In this document: positions 10,001-22,767 of the stretch, in pieces | Layout: each line of letters opens with the position of its first letter | Position numbering within the stretch: position 1 is the first letter of the stretch | Assembly: GCF_006345805.1 (NCBI RefSeq) | Contig: NC_043013.1 | Span: forward strand, 59,086,001-59,150,000 | Direction of reading: 5' to 3' | From: Octopus sinensis | Taxonomy: Eukaryota | Length of the DNA stretch: 64,000 bases | The notes under the pieces: generated by a model | Seen by the model: the letters and a program-made list of their open reading frames with translations, nothing else | Databases searched by the model: none | Told to the model about the DNA's origin: nothing | Made by a program: the position numbers and the translations under genes

Positions 10001-13000
10001 AGTGGCTGAGTTCCTTTAAGTATTGGACCTCAAGGAGGCAAAGTGGCTGAGTTCCTTTAAGTATTGGACCTCAAGGAGGCAAAGTGGCTGAGTTCCTTTA
10101 AGTATTGGACCTCAAGGAGGCAAAGTGGCTGAGTTCCTTTAAGCATTGGGCCTCAAGGAGGCAAAGTGGCTGAGTTCCTTTAAGTATTGGACCTCAAGGA
10201 GGCAAAGTGGCTGAGTTCCTTTAAGTATTGGACCTCAAGGAGGCAAAGTGGCTGAGTTCCTTTAAGTATTGGACCTCAAGGAGGCAAAGTGGCTGAGTTC
10301 CTTTAAGCATTGGGCCTCAAGGAGGCAAAGTGGCTGAGTTCCTTGAAGCATTGGGCCTCAAGGAGGCAAAGTGGCTGAGTTCCTTGAAGCATTGGGCCTC
10401 AAGGAGGCAAAGTGGCTGAGTTCCTTGAAGCATTGGGCCTCAAGGAGGCAAAGTGGCTGAGTTCCTTTAAGCATTGGGCCTCAAGGAGGCAAAGTGGCTG
10501 AGTTCCTTGAAGCATTGGGCCTCAAGGAGGCAAAGTGGCTGAGTTCCTTTAAGCATTGGGCCTCAAGGAGGCAAAGTGGCTGAGTTCCTTGAAGCATTGG
10601 GCCTCAAGGAGGCAAAGTGGCTGAGTTCCTTTAAGCATTGGGCCTCAAGGAGGCAAAGTGGCTGAGTTCCTTGAAGCATTGGGCCTCAAGGAGGCAAAGT
10701 GGCTGAGTTCCTTGAAGCATTGGGCCTCAAGGAGGCAAAGTGGCTGAGTTCCTTTAAGCATTGGGCCTCAAGGAGGCAAAGTGGCTGAGTTCCTTGAAGC
10801 ATTGGGCCTCAAGGAGGCAAAGTGGCTGAGTTCCTGTAAGCATTGGGCCTCAAGGAGGCAAAGTGGCTGAGTTCCTTGAAGCATTGGGCCTCAAGGAGGC
10901 AAAGTGGCTGAGTTCCTTTAAGCATTGGGCCTCAAGGAGGCAAAGTGGCTGAGTTCCTTGAAGCATTGGGCCTCAAGGAGGCAAAGTGGCTGAGTTCCTT
11001 TAAGCATTGGGCCTCAAGGAGGCAAAGTGGCTGAGTTCCTTGAAGCATTGGGCCTCAAGGAGGCAAAGTGGCTGAGTTCCTTGAAGCATTGGGCCTCAAG
11101 GAGGCAAAGTGGCTGAGTTCCTTTAAGTATTGGACCTCAAGGAGGCAAAGTGGCTGAGTTCCTTTAAGTATTGGACCTCAAGGAGGCAAAGTGGCTGAGT
11201 TCCTTTAAGTATTGGACCTCAAGGAGGCAAAGTGGCTGAGTTCCTTTAAGTATTGGACCTCAAGGAGGCAAAGTGGCTGAGTTCCTTTAAGCATTGGGCC
11301 TCAAGGAGGCAAAGTGGCTGAGTTCCTTTAAGTATTGGACCTCAAGGAGGCAAAGTGGCTGAGTTCCTTTAAGTATTGGACCTCAAGGAGGCAAAGTGGC
11401 TGAGTTCCTTTAAGTATTGGACCTCAAGGAGGCAAAGTGGCTGAGTTCCTTTAAGTATTGGACCTCAAGGAGGCAAAGTGGCTGAGTTCCTTTAAGTATT
11501 GGACCTCAAGGAGGCAAAGTGGCTGAGTTCCTTTAAGTATTGGACCTCAAGGAGGCAAAGTGGCTGAGTTCTTTTAAGCATTGGGCCCCAAGGAGGCAAA
11601 GTGGCTGAGTTCCTTGAAGCATTGGGCCTCAAGGAGGCAAAGTGGCTGAGTTCCTTTAAGTATTGGACCTCAAGGAGGCAAAGTGGCTGAGTTCCTTTAA
11701 GCATTGGGCCTCAAGGAGGCAAAGTGGCTGAGTTCCTTGAAGCATTGGGCCTCAAGGAGGCAAAGTGGCTGAGTTCCTTTAAGTATTGGACCTCAAGGAG
11801 GCAAAGTGGCTGAGTTCCTTTAAGCATTGGGCCTCAAAGAGGCAAAGTGGCTGAGTTCCTTGAAGCATTGGGCCTCAAGGAGGCAAAGTGGCTGAGTTCC
11901 TTGAAGCATTGGGCCTCAAGGAGGCAAAGTGGCTGAGTTCCTTTAAGTATTGGACCTCAAGGAGGCAAAGTGGCTGAGTTCCTTTAAGTATTGGACCTCA
12001 AAGAGGCAAAGTGGCTGAGTTCCTTGAAGCATTGGGCCTCAAGGAGGCAAAGTGGCTGAGTTCCTTGAAGCATTGGGCCTCAAGGAGGCAAAGTGGCTGA
12101 GTTCCTTGAAGCATTGGGCCTCAAGGAGGCAAAGTGGCTGAGTTCCTTTAAGTATTGGACCTCAAGGAGGCAAAGTGGCTGAGTTCCTTTAAGCATTGGG
12201 CCTCAAGGAGGCAAAGTGGCTGAGTTCCTTGAAGCATTGGGCCTCAAGGAGGCAAAGTGGCTGAGTTCCTTTAAGTATTGGACCTCAAGGAGGCAAAGTG
12301 GCTGAGTTCCTTTAAGTATTGGACCTCAAAGAGGCAAAGTGGCTGAGTTCCTTGAAGCATTGGGCCTCAAGGAGGCAAAGTGGCTGAGTTCCTTGAAGCA
12401 TTGGGCCTCAAGGAGGCAAAGTGGCTGAGTTCCGTTAAGCATTGGGCCTCAAGGAGGCAAAGTGGCTGAGTTCCTTTAAGTATTGGACCTCAAGGAGGCA
12501 AAGTTGCTGAGTTCCTTGAAGCATTGGGCTTCAAGGAGGCAAAGTGGCTGAGTTCCTTTAAGTATTGGACCTCAAGGAGGCAAAGTGGCTGAGTTCCTTT
12601 AAGTATTGGACCTCAAAGAGGCAAAGTGGCTGAGTTCCTTGAAGCATTGGGCCTCAAGGAGGCAAAGTGGCTGAGTTCCTTGAAGCATTGGGCCTCAAGG
12701 AGGCAAAGTGGCTGAGTTCCTTTAAGCATTGGGCCTCAAGGAGGCAAAGTGGCTGAGTTCCTTTAAGCATTGGGCCCCAAGGAGGCAAAGTGGATGAGTT
12801 TCTTTTGAGTGTTGGACATCATGGAGACAAAGTGGCTAAGTTTCTTTTGAGTGTTGGACCTCATGGAGACAAAGTGGCTGAGTTCCTTTAAGCATTGGGC
12901 CTCAAGGAGGCAAAGTGGCTGAGTTCCTTTAAGCATTGGGCCTCAAGGAGGCAAAGTGGCTGAGTTACTTTAAGCATTGGGCCTCAAGGAGGCAAAGTGG

Positions 13001-16000
13001 CTGAGTTCCTTGAAGCATGGGCCTCAAGGAGGCAAAGTGGCTGAGTTCCTTGAAGCATTGGGCCTCAAGGAGGCAAAGTGGCTGAGTTCCTTTAAGCATT
13101 GGGCCTCAAGGAGGCAAAGTGGCTGAGTTCCTTGAAGCATTGGGCCTCAAGGAGGCAAAGTGGCTGAGTTCCTGTAAGCATTGGGCCTCAAGGAGGCAAA
13201 GTGGCTGAGTTCCTTGAAGCATTGGGCCTCAAGGCGGCAAAGTGGCTGAGTTCCTTAAGCATTGGCCTCAAGGAGGCAAAGTGGCTGAGTTCCTTGAAGC
13301 ATTGGGCCTCAAGGAGGCAAAGTGGCTGAGTTCCTTTAAGCATTGGGCCTCAAGGAGGCAAAGTGGCTGAGTTCCTTGAAGCATTGGGCCTCAAGGAGGC
13401 AAAGTGGCTGAGTTCCTTGAAGCATTGGCCTCAAGGAGGCAAAGTGGCTGAGTTCCTTTAAGTATTGGACCTCAAGGAGGCAAAGTGGCTGAGTTCCTTT
13501 AAGTATGGACCTCAAGGAGGCAAAGTGGCTGAGTTCCTTTAAGTATTGGACCTCAGGAGGCAAAGTGGCTGAGTTCCTTTAAGTATTGGACCTCAAGGAG
13601 GCAAAGTGGCTGAGTTCCTTTAAGCATTGGGCCTCAAGGAGGCAAAGTGGCTGAGTTCCTTTAAGTATTGGACCTCAAGGAGGCAAAGTGGCTGAGTTCC
13701 TTAAGTATTGGACCTCAAGGAGGCAAAGTGGCTGAGTTCCTTTAAGTATGGACCTCAAGGAGGCAAAGTGGCTGAGTTCCTTTAAGTATTGGACCTCAAG
13801 GAGGCAAAGTGGCTGAGTTCCTTTAAGTATTGGACCTCAAGGAGGCAAAGTGGCTGAGTTCCTTTAAGTATTGGACCTCAAGGAGGCAAAGTGGCTGAGT
13901 TCTTTTAAGCATTGGCCCCAAGGAGGCAAAGTGGCTGAGTTCCTTGAAGCATTGGCCTCAAGGAGGCAAAGTGGCTGAGTTCCTTTAAGTATTGGACCTC
14001 AAGGAGGCAAAGTGGCTGAGTTCCTTTAAGCATTGGGCCTCAAGGAGGCAAAGTGGCTGAGTTCCTTGAAGCATTGGGCCTCAAGGAGGCAAAGTGGCTG
14101 AGTTCCTTTAAGTATTGGACCTCAAGGAGGCAAAGTGGCTGAGTTCCTTTAAGCATTGGGCCTCAAGAGGCAAAGTGGCTGAGTTCCTTGAAGCATTGGG
14201 CCTCAAGGAGGCAAAGTTGCTGAGTTCCTTGAAGCATTGGGCCTCAAGAGGCAAAGTGGCTGAGTTCCTTTAAGTATTGGACCTCAAGGAGGCAAAGTGG
14301 CTGAGTTCCTTAAGTATTGGACCTCAAAGAGGCAAAGTGGCTGAGTTCCTTGAAGCATTGGGCCTCAAGGAGGCAAGGCAAAGTGGCTGAGTTCCTTGAA
14401 GCATTGGGCCTCAAGGAGGCAAAGTGGCTGAGTTCCTTGAAGCATTGGGCCTCAAGGAGGCAAGTGGCTGAGTTCCTTTAAGTATTGGACCTCAAGGAGG
14501 CAAAGTGGCTGAGTTCCTTTAAGCATTGGGCCTCAAGGAGGCAAAGTGGCTGAGTTCCTTGAAGCATTGGGCCTCAAGGAGGCAAAGTGGCTGAGTTCCT
14601 TTAAGTATTGGACCTCAAGGAGGCAAAGTGGCTGAGTTCCTTTAAGTATTGGACCTCAAGGAGGCAAAGTGGCTGAGTTCCTTGAAGCATTGGGCCTCAA
14701 GGAGGCAAAGTGGCTGAGTTCCTTGAAGCATTGGGCCTCAAGGAGGCAAAGTGGCTGAGTTCCGTTAAGCATTGGGCCTCAAGGAGGCAAAGTGGCTGAG
14801 TTCCTTTAAGTATTGGACCTCAAGGAGGCAAAGTTGCTGAGTTCCTTGAAGCATTGGGCTTCAAGGAGGCAAAGTGGCTGAGTTCCTTTAAGTATTGGAC
14901 CTCAAGGAGGCAAAGTGGCTGAGTTCCTTTAAGTATTGGACCTCAAGAGGCAAAGTGGCTGAGTTCCTTGAAGCATTGGGCCTCAAGGAGGCAAAGTGGC
15001 TGAGTTCCTTGAAGCATTGGGCCTCAAGGAGGCAAAGTGGCTGAGTTCCTTTAAGCATTGGGCCTCAAGGAGGCAAAGTGGCTGAGTTCCTTTAAGCATT
15101 GGGCCCCAAGGAGGCAAAGTGGATGAGTTTCTTTTGAGTGTTGGACATCATGGAGACAAAGTGGCTAAGTTTCTTTTGAGTGTTGGACCTCATGGAGACA
15201 AAGTGGCTGAGTTCCTTTAAGCATTGGGCCTCAAGGAGGCAAAGTGGCTGAGTTCCTTTAAGCATTGGGCCTCAAGGAGGCAAAGTGGCTGAGTTCCTTT
15301 AAGCATTGGGCCTCAAGGAGGCAAAGTGGCTGAGTTCCTTTAAGCATTGGGCCCCAAGGAGGCAAAGTGGCTGAGTTCCTTTAAGCATTGGACCTCAAGG
15401 AGGCAAAGTGGCTGAGTTCCTTTAAGCATTGGGCCTCAAGGAGGCAAAGTGGCTGAGTTCCTTTAAGCATTGGGCCCCAAGGAGGCAAAGTGGCTGAGTT
15501 CCTTTAAGCATTGGACCTCAAAGAGGCAAAGTGGCTGAGTTCCTTTAAGCATTGGGCCTCAAGGAGGCAAAGTGGCTGAGTTCCTTGAAGCATTGGGCCT
15601 CAAGGAGGCAAAGTGGCTGAGTTCCTTTGAGTATTGGACCTCAAGGAGGCAAAGTGGCTGAGTTCCTTTAAGTATTGAACCTCAAAGAGGCAAAGTGGCT
15701 GAGTTCCTTTAAGTATTGGACCTCAAGGAGGCAAAGTGGCTGAGTTCCTTGAAGCATTGGGCCTCAAGGAGGCAAAGTGGCTGAGTTCCTTTAAGTATTG
15801 GACCTCAAAGAGGCAAAGTGGCTGAGTTCCTTTAAGTATTGGACCTCAAGGAGGCAAAGTGGCTGAGTTCCTTTAAGTATTGGACCTCAAAGAGGCAAAG
15901 TGGCTGAGTTCCTTTAAGTATTGGACCTCAAGGAGGCAAAGTGGCTGAGTTCCTTTAAGTATTGGACCTCAAAGAGGCAAAGTGGCTGAGTTCCTTGAAG

Positions 16001-19000
16001 CATTGGGCCTCAAGGAGGCAAAGTGGCTGAGTTCCTTGAAGCATTGGGCCTCAAGGAGGCAAAGTGGCTGAGTTCCTTTAAGCATTGGGCCCCAAGGAGG
16101 CAAAGTGGCTGAGTTCCTTTAAGTATTGGACCTCAAAGAGGCAAAGTGGCTGAGTTCCTTTAAGTATTGGACCTCAAGGAGGCAAAGTGGCTGAGTTCCT
16201 TTAAGTATTGGACCTCAAAGAGGCAAAGTGGCTGAGTTCCTTTAAGTATTGGACCTCAAGGAGGCAAAGTGGCTGAGTTCCTTTAAGTATTGGACCTCAA
16301 AGAGGCAAAGTGGCTGAGTTCCTTTAAGTATTGGACCTCAAGGAGGCAAAGTGGCTGAGTTCATTGAAGCATTGGGCCTCAAGGAGGCAAAGTGGCTGAG
16401 TTCCTTTAAGTATTGGACCTCAAAGAGGCAAAGTGGCTGAGTTCCTTTAAGTATTGGACCTCAAGGAGGCAAAGTGGCTGAGTTCCTTTAAGTATTGGAC
16501 CTCAAAGAGGCAAAGTGGCTGAGTTCCTTTAAGTATTGGACCTCAAGGAGGCAAAGTGGCTGAGTTCCTTTAAGTATTGGACCTCAAAGAGGCAAAGTGG
16601 CTGAGTTCCTTGAAGCATTGGGCCTCAAGGAGGCAAAGTGGCTGAGTTCCTTGAAGCATTGGGCCTCAAGGAGGCAAAGTGGCTGAGTTCCTTGAAGCAT
16701 TGGGCCTCAAGGAGGCAAAGTGGCTGAGTTCCTTGAAGCATTGGACCTCAAAGAGGCAAAGTGGCTGAGTTCCTTTAAGCATTGGGCCTCAAGGAGGCAA
16801 AGTGGCTGAGTTCCTTTAAGTATTGGACCTCAAGGAGGCAAAGTGGCTGAGTTCATTGAAGCATTGGGCCTCAAGGAGGCAAAGTGGCTGAGTTCCTTTA
16901 AGTATTGGACCTCAAAGAGGCAAAGTGGCTGAGTTCCTTTAAGTATTGGACCTCAAGGAGGCAAAGTGGCTGAGTTCCTTTAAGTATTGGACCTCAAAGA
17001 GGCAAAGTGGCTGAGTTCCTTTAAGTATTGGACCTCAAGGAGGCAAAGTGGCTGAGTTCCTTTAGTATTGGACCTCAAAGAGGCAAAGTGGCTGAGTTCC
17101 TTGAAGCATTGGGCCTCAAGGAGGCAAGTGGCAAAGTGGGGGATTGTGAGTTCCTAAGCATTGGGCCTCAAGGAGGCAAAGTGGCTGAGTTCCTTGAAGC
17201 ATTGGCCTCAAGGAGGCAAAGTGGCTGAGTTCCTTGAAGCATTGGACCTCAAAGAGGCAAAGTGGCTGAGTTCCTTTAAGCATTGGGCCTCAAGGAGGCA
17301 AAGTGGCTGAGTTCCTTGAAGCATTGGGCCTCAAGGAGGCAAAGTGGCTGAGTTCCTTGAAGCATTGGACCTCAAAGAGGCAAAGTGGCTGAGTTCCTTG
17401 AAGCATTGGACCTCAAGGAGGCAAAGTGGCTGAGTTCCTTTAAGTATTGGACCTCAAGGAGGCAAAGTGGCTGAGTTCCTTTAAGTATTGGACCTCAAGG
17501 AGGCAAAGTGGCTGAGTTCCTTTAAGTATTGGACCTCAAGGAGGCAAAGTGGCTGAGTTCCTTGAAGCATTGGGCCTCAAGGAGGCAAAGTGGCTGAGTT
17601 CCTTTAAGTATTGGACCTCAAGGAGGCAAAGTGGCTGAGTTCCTTTAAGTATTGGACCTCAAGGAGGCAAAGTGGCTGAGTTCCTTTAAGCATTGGACCT
17701 CAAGGAGGCAAAGTGGCTGAGTTCCTTTAAGCATTGGGCCTCAAGGAGGCAAAGTGGCTGAGTTCCTTGAAGCATTGGGCCTCAAGGAGGCAAAGTGGCT
17801 GAGTTCCTTTAAGCATTGGGCCTCAAGGAGGCAAAGTGGCTGAGTTCCTTTAAGTATTGGACCTCAAGGAGGCAAAGTGGCTGAGTTCCTTTAAGTATTG
17901 GACCTCAAGGAGGCAAAGTGGCTGAGCTCCTTTAAGTATTGGACCTCAAGGAGCAAAGTGGCTGAGTTCCTTGAATCATTGGGCCTCAAGGAGGCAAAGT
18001 GGCTGAGTTCCTTTAAGTTTGGACCTCAAGGAGGCAAAGTGCTGAGTTCCTTTAAGTATTGGACCTCAAGGAGGCAAAGTGGCTGAGTTCCTTTAAGCAT
18101 TGGGCCTCAAGGAGGCAAAGTGGCTGAGTTCCTTTAAGTATTGGACCTCAAGGAGGCAAAGTGGCTGAGTTCCTTTAAGTATTGGACCTCAAGGAGGCAA
18201 AGGGCTGAGTTCCTTGAAGCATTGGCCTCAAGGAGGCAAAGTGGCTGAGTTCCTTTAAGTATTGGACCTCAAGGAGGCAAAGTGGCTGAGTTCCTTTAAG
18301 CATTGGACCTCAAGGAGGCAAAGTGGCTGAGTTCCTTTAAGCATTGGGCCTCAAGGAGGCAAAGTGGCTGAGTTCCTTTAAGCATTGGGCCTCAAGGAGG
18401 CAAAGTGGCTGAGTTCCTTGAAGCATTGGGCCTCAAGGAGGCAAAGTGGCTGAGTTCCTTTAAGCATTGGGCCTCAAGGAGGCAAAGTGGCTGAGTTCCT
18501 TTAAGCATTGGGCCTCAAGGAGGCAAAGTGGCTGAGTTCCTTGAAGCATTGGGCCTCAAGGAGGCAAAGTGGCTGAGTTCCTTGAAGCATTGGGCCTCAA
18601 GGAGGCAAAGTGGCTGAGTTCCTTTAAGCATTGGGCCTCAAGGAGGCAAAGTGGCTGAGTTCCTTAAGCATTGGGCCTCAAGGAGGCAAAGTGGCTGAGT
18701 CCTTGAAGCATGGGCCTCAAGGAGGCAAAGTGGCTGAGTTCCTTTAAGCATTGGGCCTCAAGGAGGCAAAGTGGCTGAGTTCCTTTAAGCATTGGGCCTC
18801 AAGGAGGCAAAGTGGCTGAGTTCCTTGAAGCATTGGGCCTCAAGGAGGCAAAGTGGCTGAGTTCCTTGAAGCATTGGACCTCAAAGGGCAAAGTGGCTGA
18901 GTTCCTTGAAGCATTGGACCTCAGGAGGCAAAGTGGCTGAGTTCCTTTAAGTATTGGGCCTCATCAGGAGGCAAAGTGGCTGAGTTCCTTTAAGCATTGG

Positions 19001-21890
19001 GCCTCAAGGAGCAAAGTGGCTGAGTTCCTTTAAGCATTGGGCCTCAAGGAGGCAAAGTGGCTGAGTTCCTTGAAGCATTGGGCCTCAAGGAGGCAAAGTG
19101 GCTGAGTTCCTTGAAGCATTGGACCTCAAGAGGCAAAGTGGCTGATTTCCTTGAAGCATTGGGCCTCAGGAGGCAAAGTGGCTGAGTTCCTTGAAGCATT
19201 GGGCCTCAAGGAGGCAAAGTGGCTGAGTTCCTTGAAGCATTGGACCTCAAAGAGGCAAAGTGGCTGAGTTCCTTGAAGCATTGGGCCTCAAGGAGGCACA
19301 GTGGCTGAGTTCCTTTAAGTATTGGACCTCAAGGAGGCAAAGTGGCTGAGTTCCTTTAAGCATTGGGCCTCAAGGAGGCAAAGTGGCTGAGTTCCTTGAA
19401 GCATTGGGCCTCAAGGAGGCAAAGTGGCTGAGTTCCTTGAAGCATTGGACCTCAAAGAGGCAAAGTGGCTGAGTTCCTTGAAGCATTGGGCCTCAAGGAG
19501 GCAAAGTGGCTGAGTTCCTTTAAGTATTGGACCTCAAGGAGGCAAAGTGGCTGAGTTCCTTTAAGTATTGGACCTCAAGGAGGCCAAAGTGGCTGAGTTC
19601 CTTTAAGTATTGGACCTCAAGGAGGCAAAGTGGCTGAGTTCCTTTAAGTATTGGACCTCAAGGAGGCAAAGTGGCTGAGTTCCTTTAAGTATTGGACCTC
19701 AAGGAGGCAAAGTGGCTGAGTTCCTTTAAGTATTGGACCTCAAGGAGGCAAAGTGGCTGAGTTCCTTTAAGCATTGGGCCCCAAGGAGGCAAAGTGGATG
19801 AGTTCCTTGAAGCATTGGGCCTCAAGGAGGCAAAGTGGCTGAGTTCCTTTAAGTATTGGACCTCAAGGAGGCAAAGTGGCTGAGTTCCTTGAAGCATTGG
19901 GCCTCAAGGAGGCAAAGTGGCTGAGTTCCTTTAAGTATTGGACCTCAAAGAGGCAAAGTGGCTGAGTTCCTTGAAGCATTGGGCCTCAAGGAGGCAAAGT
20001 GGCTGAGTTCTTGAAGCATTGGGCCTCAAGGAGGCAAAGTGGCTGAGTTCCTTTAAGCATTGGGCCCCAAGGAGGCAAAGTGGATGAGTTTCTTTAAGTA
20101 TTGGACCTCAAGGAGGCAAAGTGGCTGAGTTCCTTTAAGTATTGGACCTCAAGGAGGCAAAGTGGATGAGTTTCTTGAAGCATTGGGCCTCAAGGAGGCA
20201 AAGTGGCTGAGTTCCTTTAAGTATTGGACCTCAAAGAGGCAAAGTGGCTGAGTTCCTTGAAGCATTGGGCCTCAAGGAGGCAAAGTGGCTGAGTTCCTTG
20301 AAGCATTGGGCCTCAAGGAGGCAAAGTGGCTGAGTTCCTTTAAGCATTGGGCCCCAAGGAGGCAAAGTGGATGAGTTTCTTTAAGTATTGGACCTCAAGG
20401 AGGCAAAGTGGCTGAGTTCCTTTAAGCATTGGGCCCCAAGGAGGCAAAGTGGATGAGTTTCTTGAAGCATTGGACCTCAAGGAGGCAAAGTGGCTGAGTT
20501 CCTTTAAGTATTGGACCTCAAGGAGGCAAAGTGGATGAGTTCCTTGAAGCATTGGGCCTCAAGGAGGCAAAGTGGCTGAGTTCCTTTAAGCATTGGGCCT
20601 CAAGGAGGCAAAGTGGCTGAGTTCCTTTAAGTATTGGACCTCAAGGAGGCAAAGTGGCTGAGTTCCTTTAAGTATTGGACCTCAAGGAGGCAAAGTGGAT
20701 GAGTTTCTTTTGAGTGTTGGACCTCATGGAGACAAAGTGGCTGAGTTCCTTTAAGCATTGGGCCTCAAGGAGGCAAAGTGGCTGAGTTCCTTGAAGCATT
20801 GGGCCTCAAGGAGGCAAAGTGGCTGAGTTCCTTTTGAGTGTTGGACATCATGGAGACAAAGTGGCTAAGTTTCTTTTGAGCGTTGGACCTCATGGAGACA
20901 AAGTGGCTGAGTTCCTTTAAGCATTGGGCCTCAAGGAGGCAAAGTGGCTGAGTTCCTTGAAGCATTGGGCCCCAAGGAGGCAAAGTGGATGAGTTTCTTT
21001 GAGTGGGGACATCATGGAGACAAAGTGGCTAAGTTTCTTTTGAGTGTTGGACCTCATGGAGACAAGTGGCTGAGTTCCTTTAAGCATTGGGCCTCAAGGA
21101 GGCAAAGTGGCTGAGTTCCTTGAAGCATTGGGCCTCAAGGAGGCAAAGTGGCTGAGTTCCTTTAAGCATTGGGCCCCAAGGAGGCAAAGTGGATGAGTTT
21201 CTTTTGAGTGTTGGACATCATGGAGACAAAGTGGCTAAGTTTCTTTTGAGTGTTGGACCTCATGGAGACAAAGTGGCTGAGTTCCTTTAAGCATTGGGCC
21301 TCAAGGAGGCAAAGTGGCTGAGTTCCTTTAAGCATTGGGCCTCAAGGAGGCAAAGTGGCTGAGTTCCTTTAAGCATTGGGCCTCAAGGAGGCAAAGTGGC
21401 TGAGTTCCTTTAAGCATTGGGCCTCAAGGAGGCAAAGTGGCTGAGTTCCTTTAAGCATTGGACCTCAAGGAGGCAAAGTGGCTGAGTTCCTTTAAGTATT
21501 GGACCTCAAGGAGGCAAAGTGGCTGAGTTCCTTTAAGTATTGGACCTCAAGGAGGCAAAGTGGCTGAGTTCCTTGAAGCATTGGGCCTCAAGGAGGCAAA
21601 GTGGATGAGTTCCTTGAAGCATTGGGCCTCATGGAGGCAAAGTGGCTGAGTTCCTTTAAGTATTGGACCTCAAAGAGGCAAAGTGGCTGAGTTCCTTTAA
21701 GCATTGGGACCAAGGAGGCAAAGTGGCTGAGTTCCTTTAAGTATTGGACCTCAAGGAGGCAAAGTGGCTGAGTTCCTTTAAGTATTGGACCTCAAGGAGG
21801 CAAAGTGGTTGAGTTCCTTTTGAGCATTGGGCCTCATGGAGACAAAATGGCTACATTCCTTTTGAGTATTGGGCCTGAGAGAGGCAATGA
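7061..21890. repeat. Satellite/minisatellite array, 41-bp monomer AAGGAGGCAAAGTGGCTGAGTTCCTT(T/G)AAG(C/T)ATTGG(G/A)CCTC, about 360 copies
   Basis: Period measured directly (7531 to 7572 = 41 bp). The array is continuous over ~14.8 kb with a few recurrent variants. Confidence 0.98.
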
Positions 21891-22169
21891 CTGAAACCTT
21901 TGGCATTATGCCAGGCTTGAGAAAAAGACCCATCAAGCTGAGCAAAATCACAGTCATGCAGATACTGGTGCCACACAAATGGTACCCATGCTGGTGACAT
22001 GTAAAAGCACCTATTACATGCTTGGAGTGGTTGACATTAGGAAGGGCACTCAGCCATAGAAAACCATGCCAAATCAGAATGGCGTCTTGTACAGCCAGGC
22101 ACTATTCTGGTCAAACCATCCAACCCATGCCAGTATGGACACCGGACGTTAAAGAATGATGATAAGGAG
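21860..22169 (+). mobile_element. 3' end of the same RTE insertion (duplicated ORF-end segment, 3' UTR, GAT tail)
   Basis: GAGGCAATGACTGAAACCTTTGG...GAGAAAAAGACCCATCAAGC...GGAAGGGCAC...CCATGCCAGTATGGACACCGGACGTTAAAGAATGATGAT. Confidence 0.8.
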
Positions 22170-22767
22170 GATCTAAGGCTCCTTCATTGGAATTTCAGCA
22201 ACATCAAGAGGATATTTGCATGTATGTGTGTATATGTGCAGCATTTGGAGTGCAGTGCATGTGCAGATTTTTATATTATGTTTTAGGTATGTATTCTCAT
22301 ACGTATAGTTGCTCCTTAAGATATACATATATATACTTAAATAAGGAACTTCTGGGTATGTATGTATGTCGTTCAGTTTTATTTCAAGATTTCTTGTCAA
22401 TAGAGAAAGAGCCAATTTCTAACCTAGATCCAAGGTTCTTTCATTGGAATTTCAACTTCAACAACAGAGTATGTATGTATGTATGTATGTCCCCCACCTG
22501 CGAACACCTTCACGCCACTACATTATACACCACTATACCACACAACACACCACCTCGCACACATCAGCACTGACCACTTCCCAGACCCCCATTTTCACAC
22601 CTACACATACACACACGTACACGTCAAGATCACCAGCCCTCTTCCACACATACATACAAACTCTCTTATACATACGCACGCGCACCTTCGTTTTGGGATC
22701 GATCACCACTACTTTGTTATCTCCCCTTCTCCCTAGCTCTCCTGTGTGACCCTTATGTCCAGCATTC

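Noticed and set aside
7061-21890. CRISPR-like array, or a coding repeat (ORFs at 11492, 13336, 17028, 19685, 20340)
   Set aside because: There are no unique spacers and no cas genes, and the context is eukaryotic. The 41-bp period rotates the reading frame and hits stops, so the ORFs are by-products of variant runs.
7061-21890. Hammerhead ribozyme within the satellite monomer (as in newt or schistosome satellites)
   Set aside because: Neither strand has CUGANGA followed by GAAA in the monomer.
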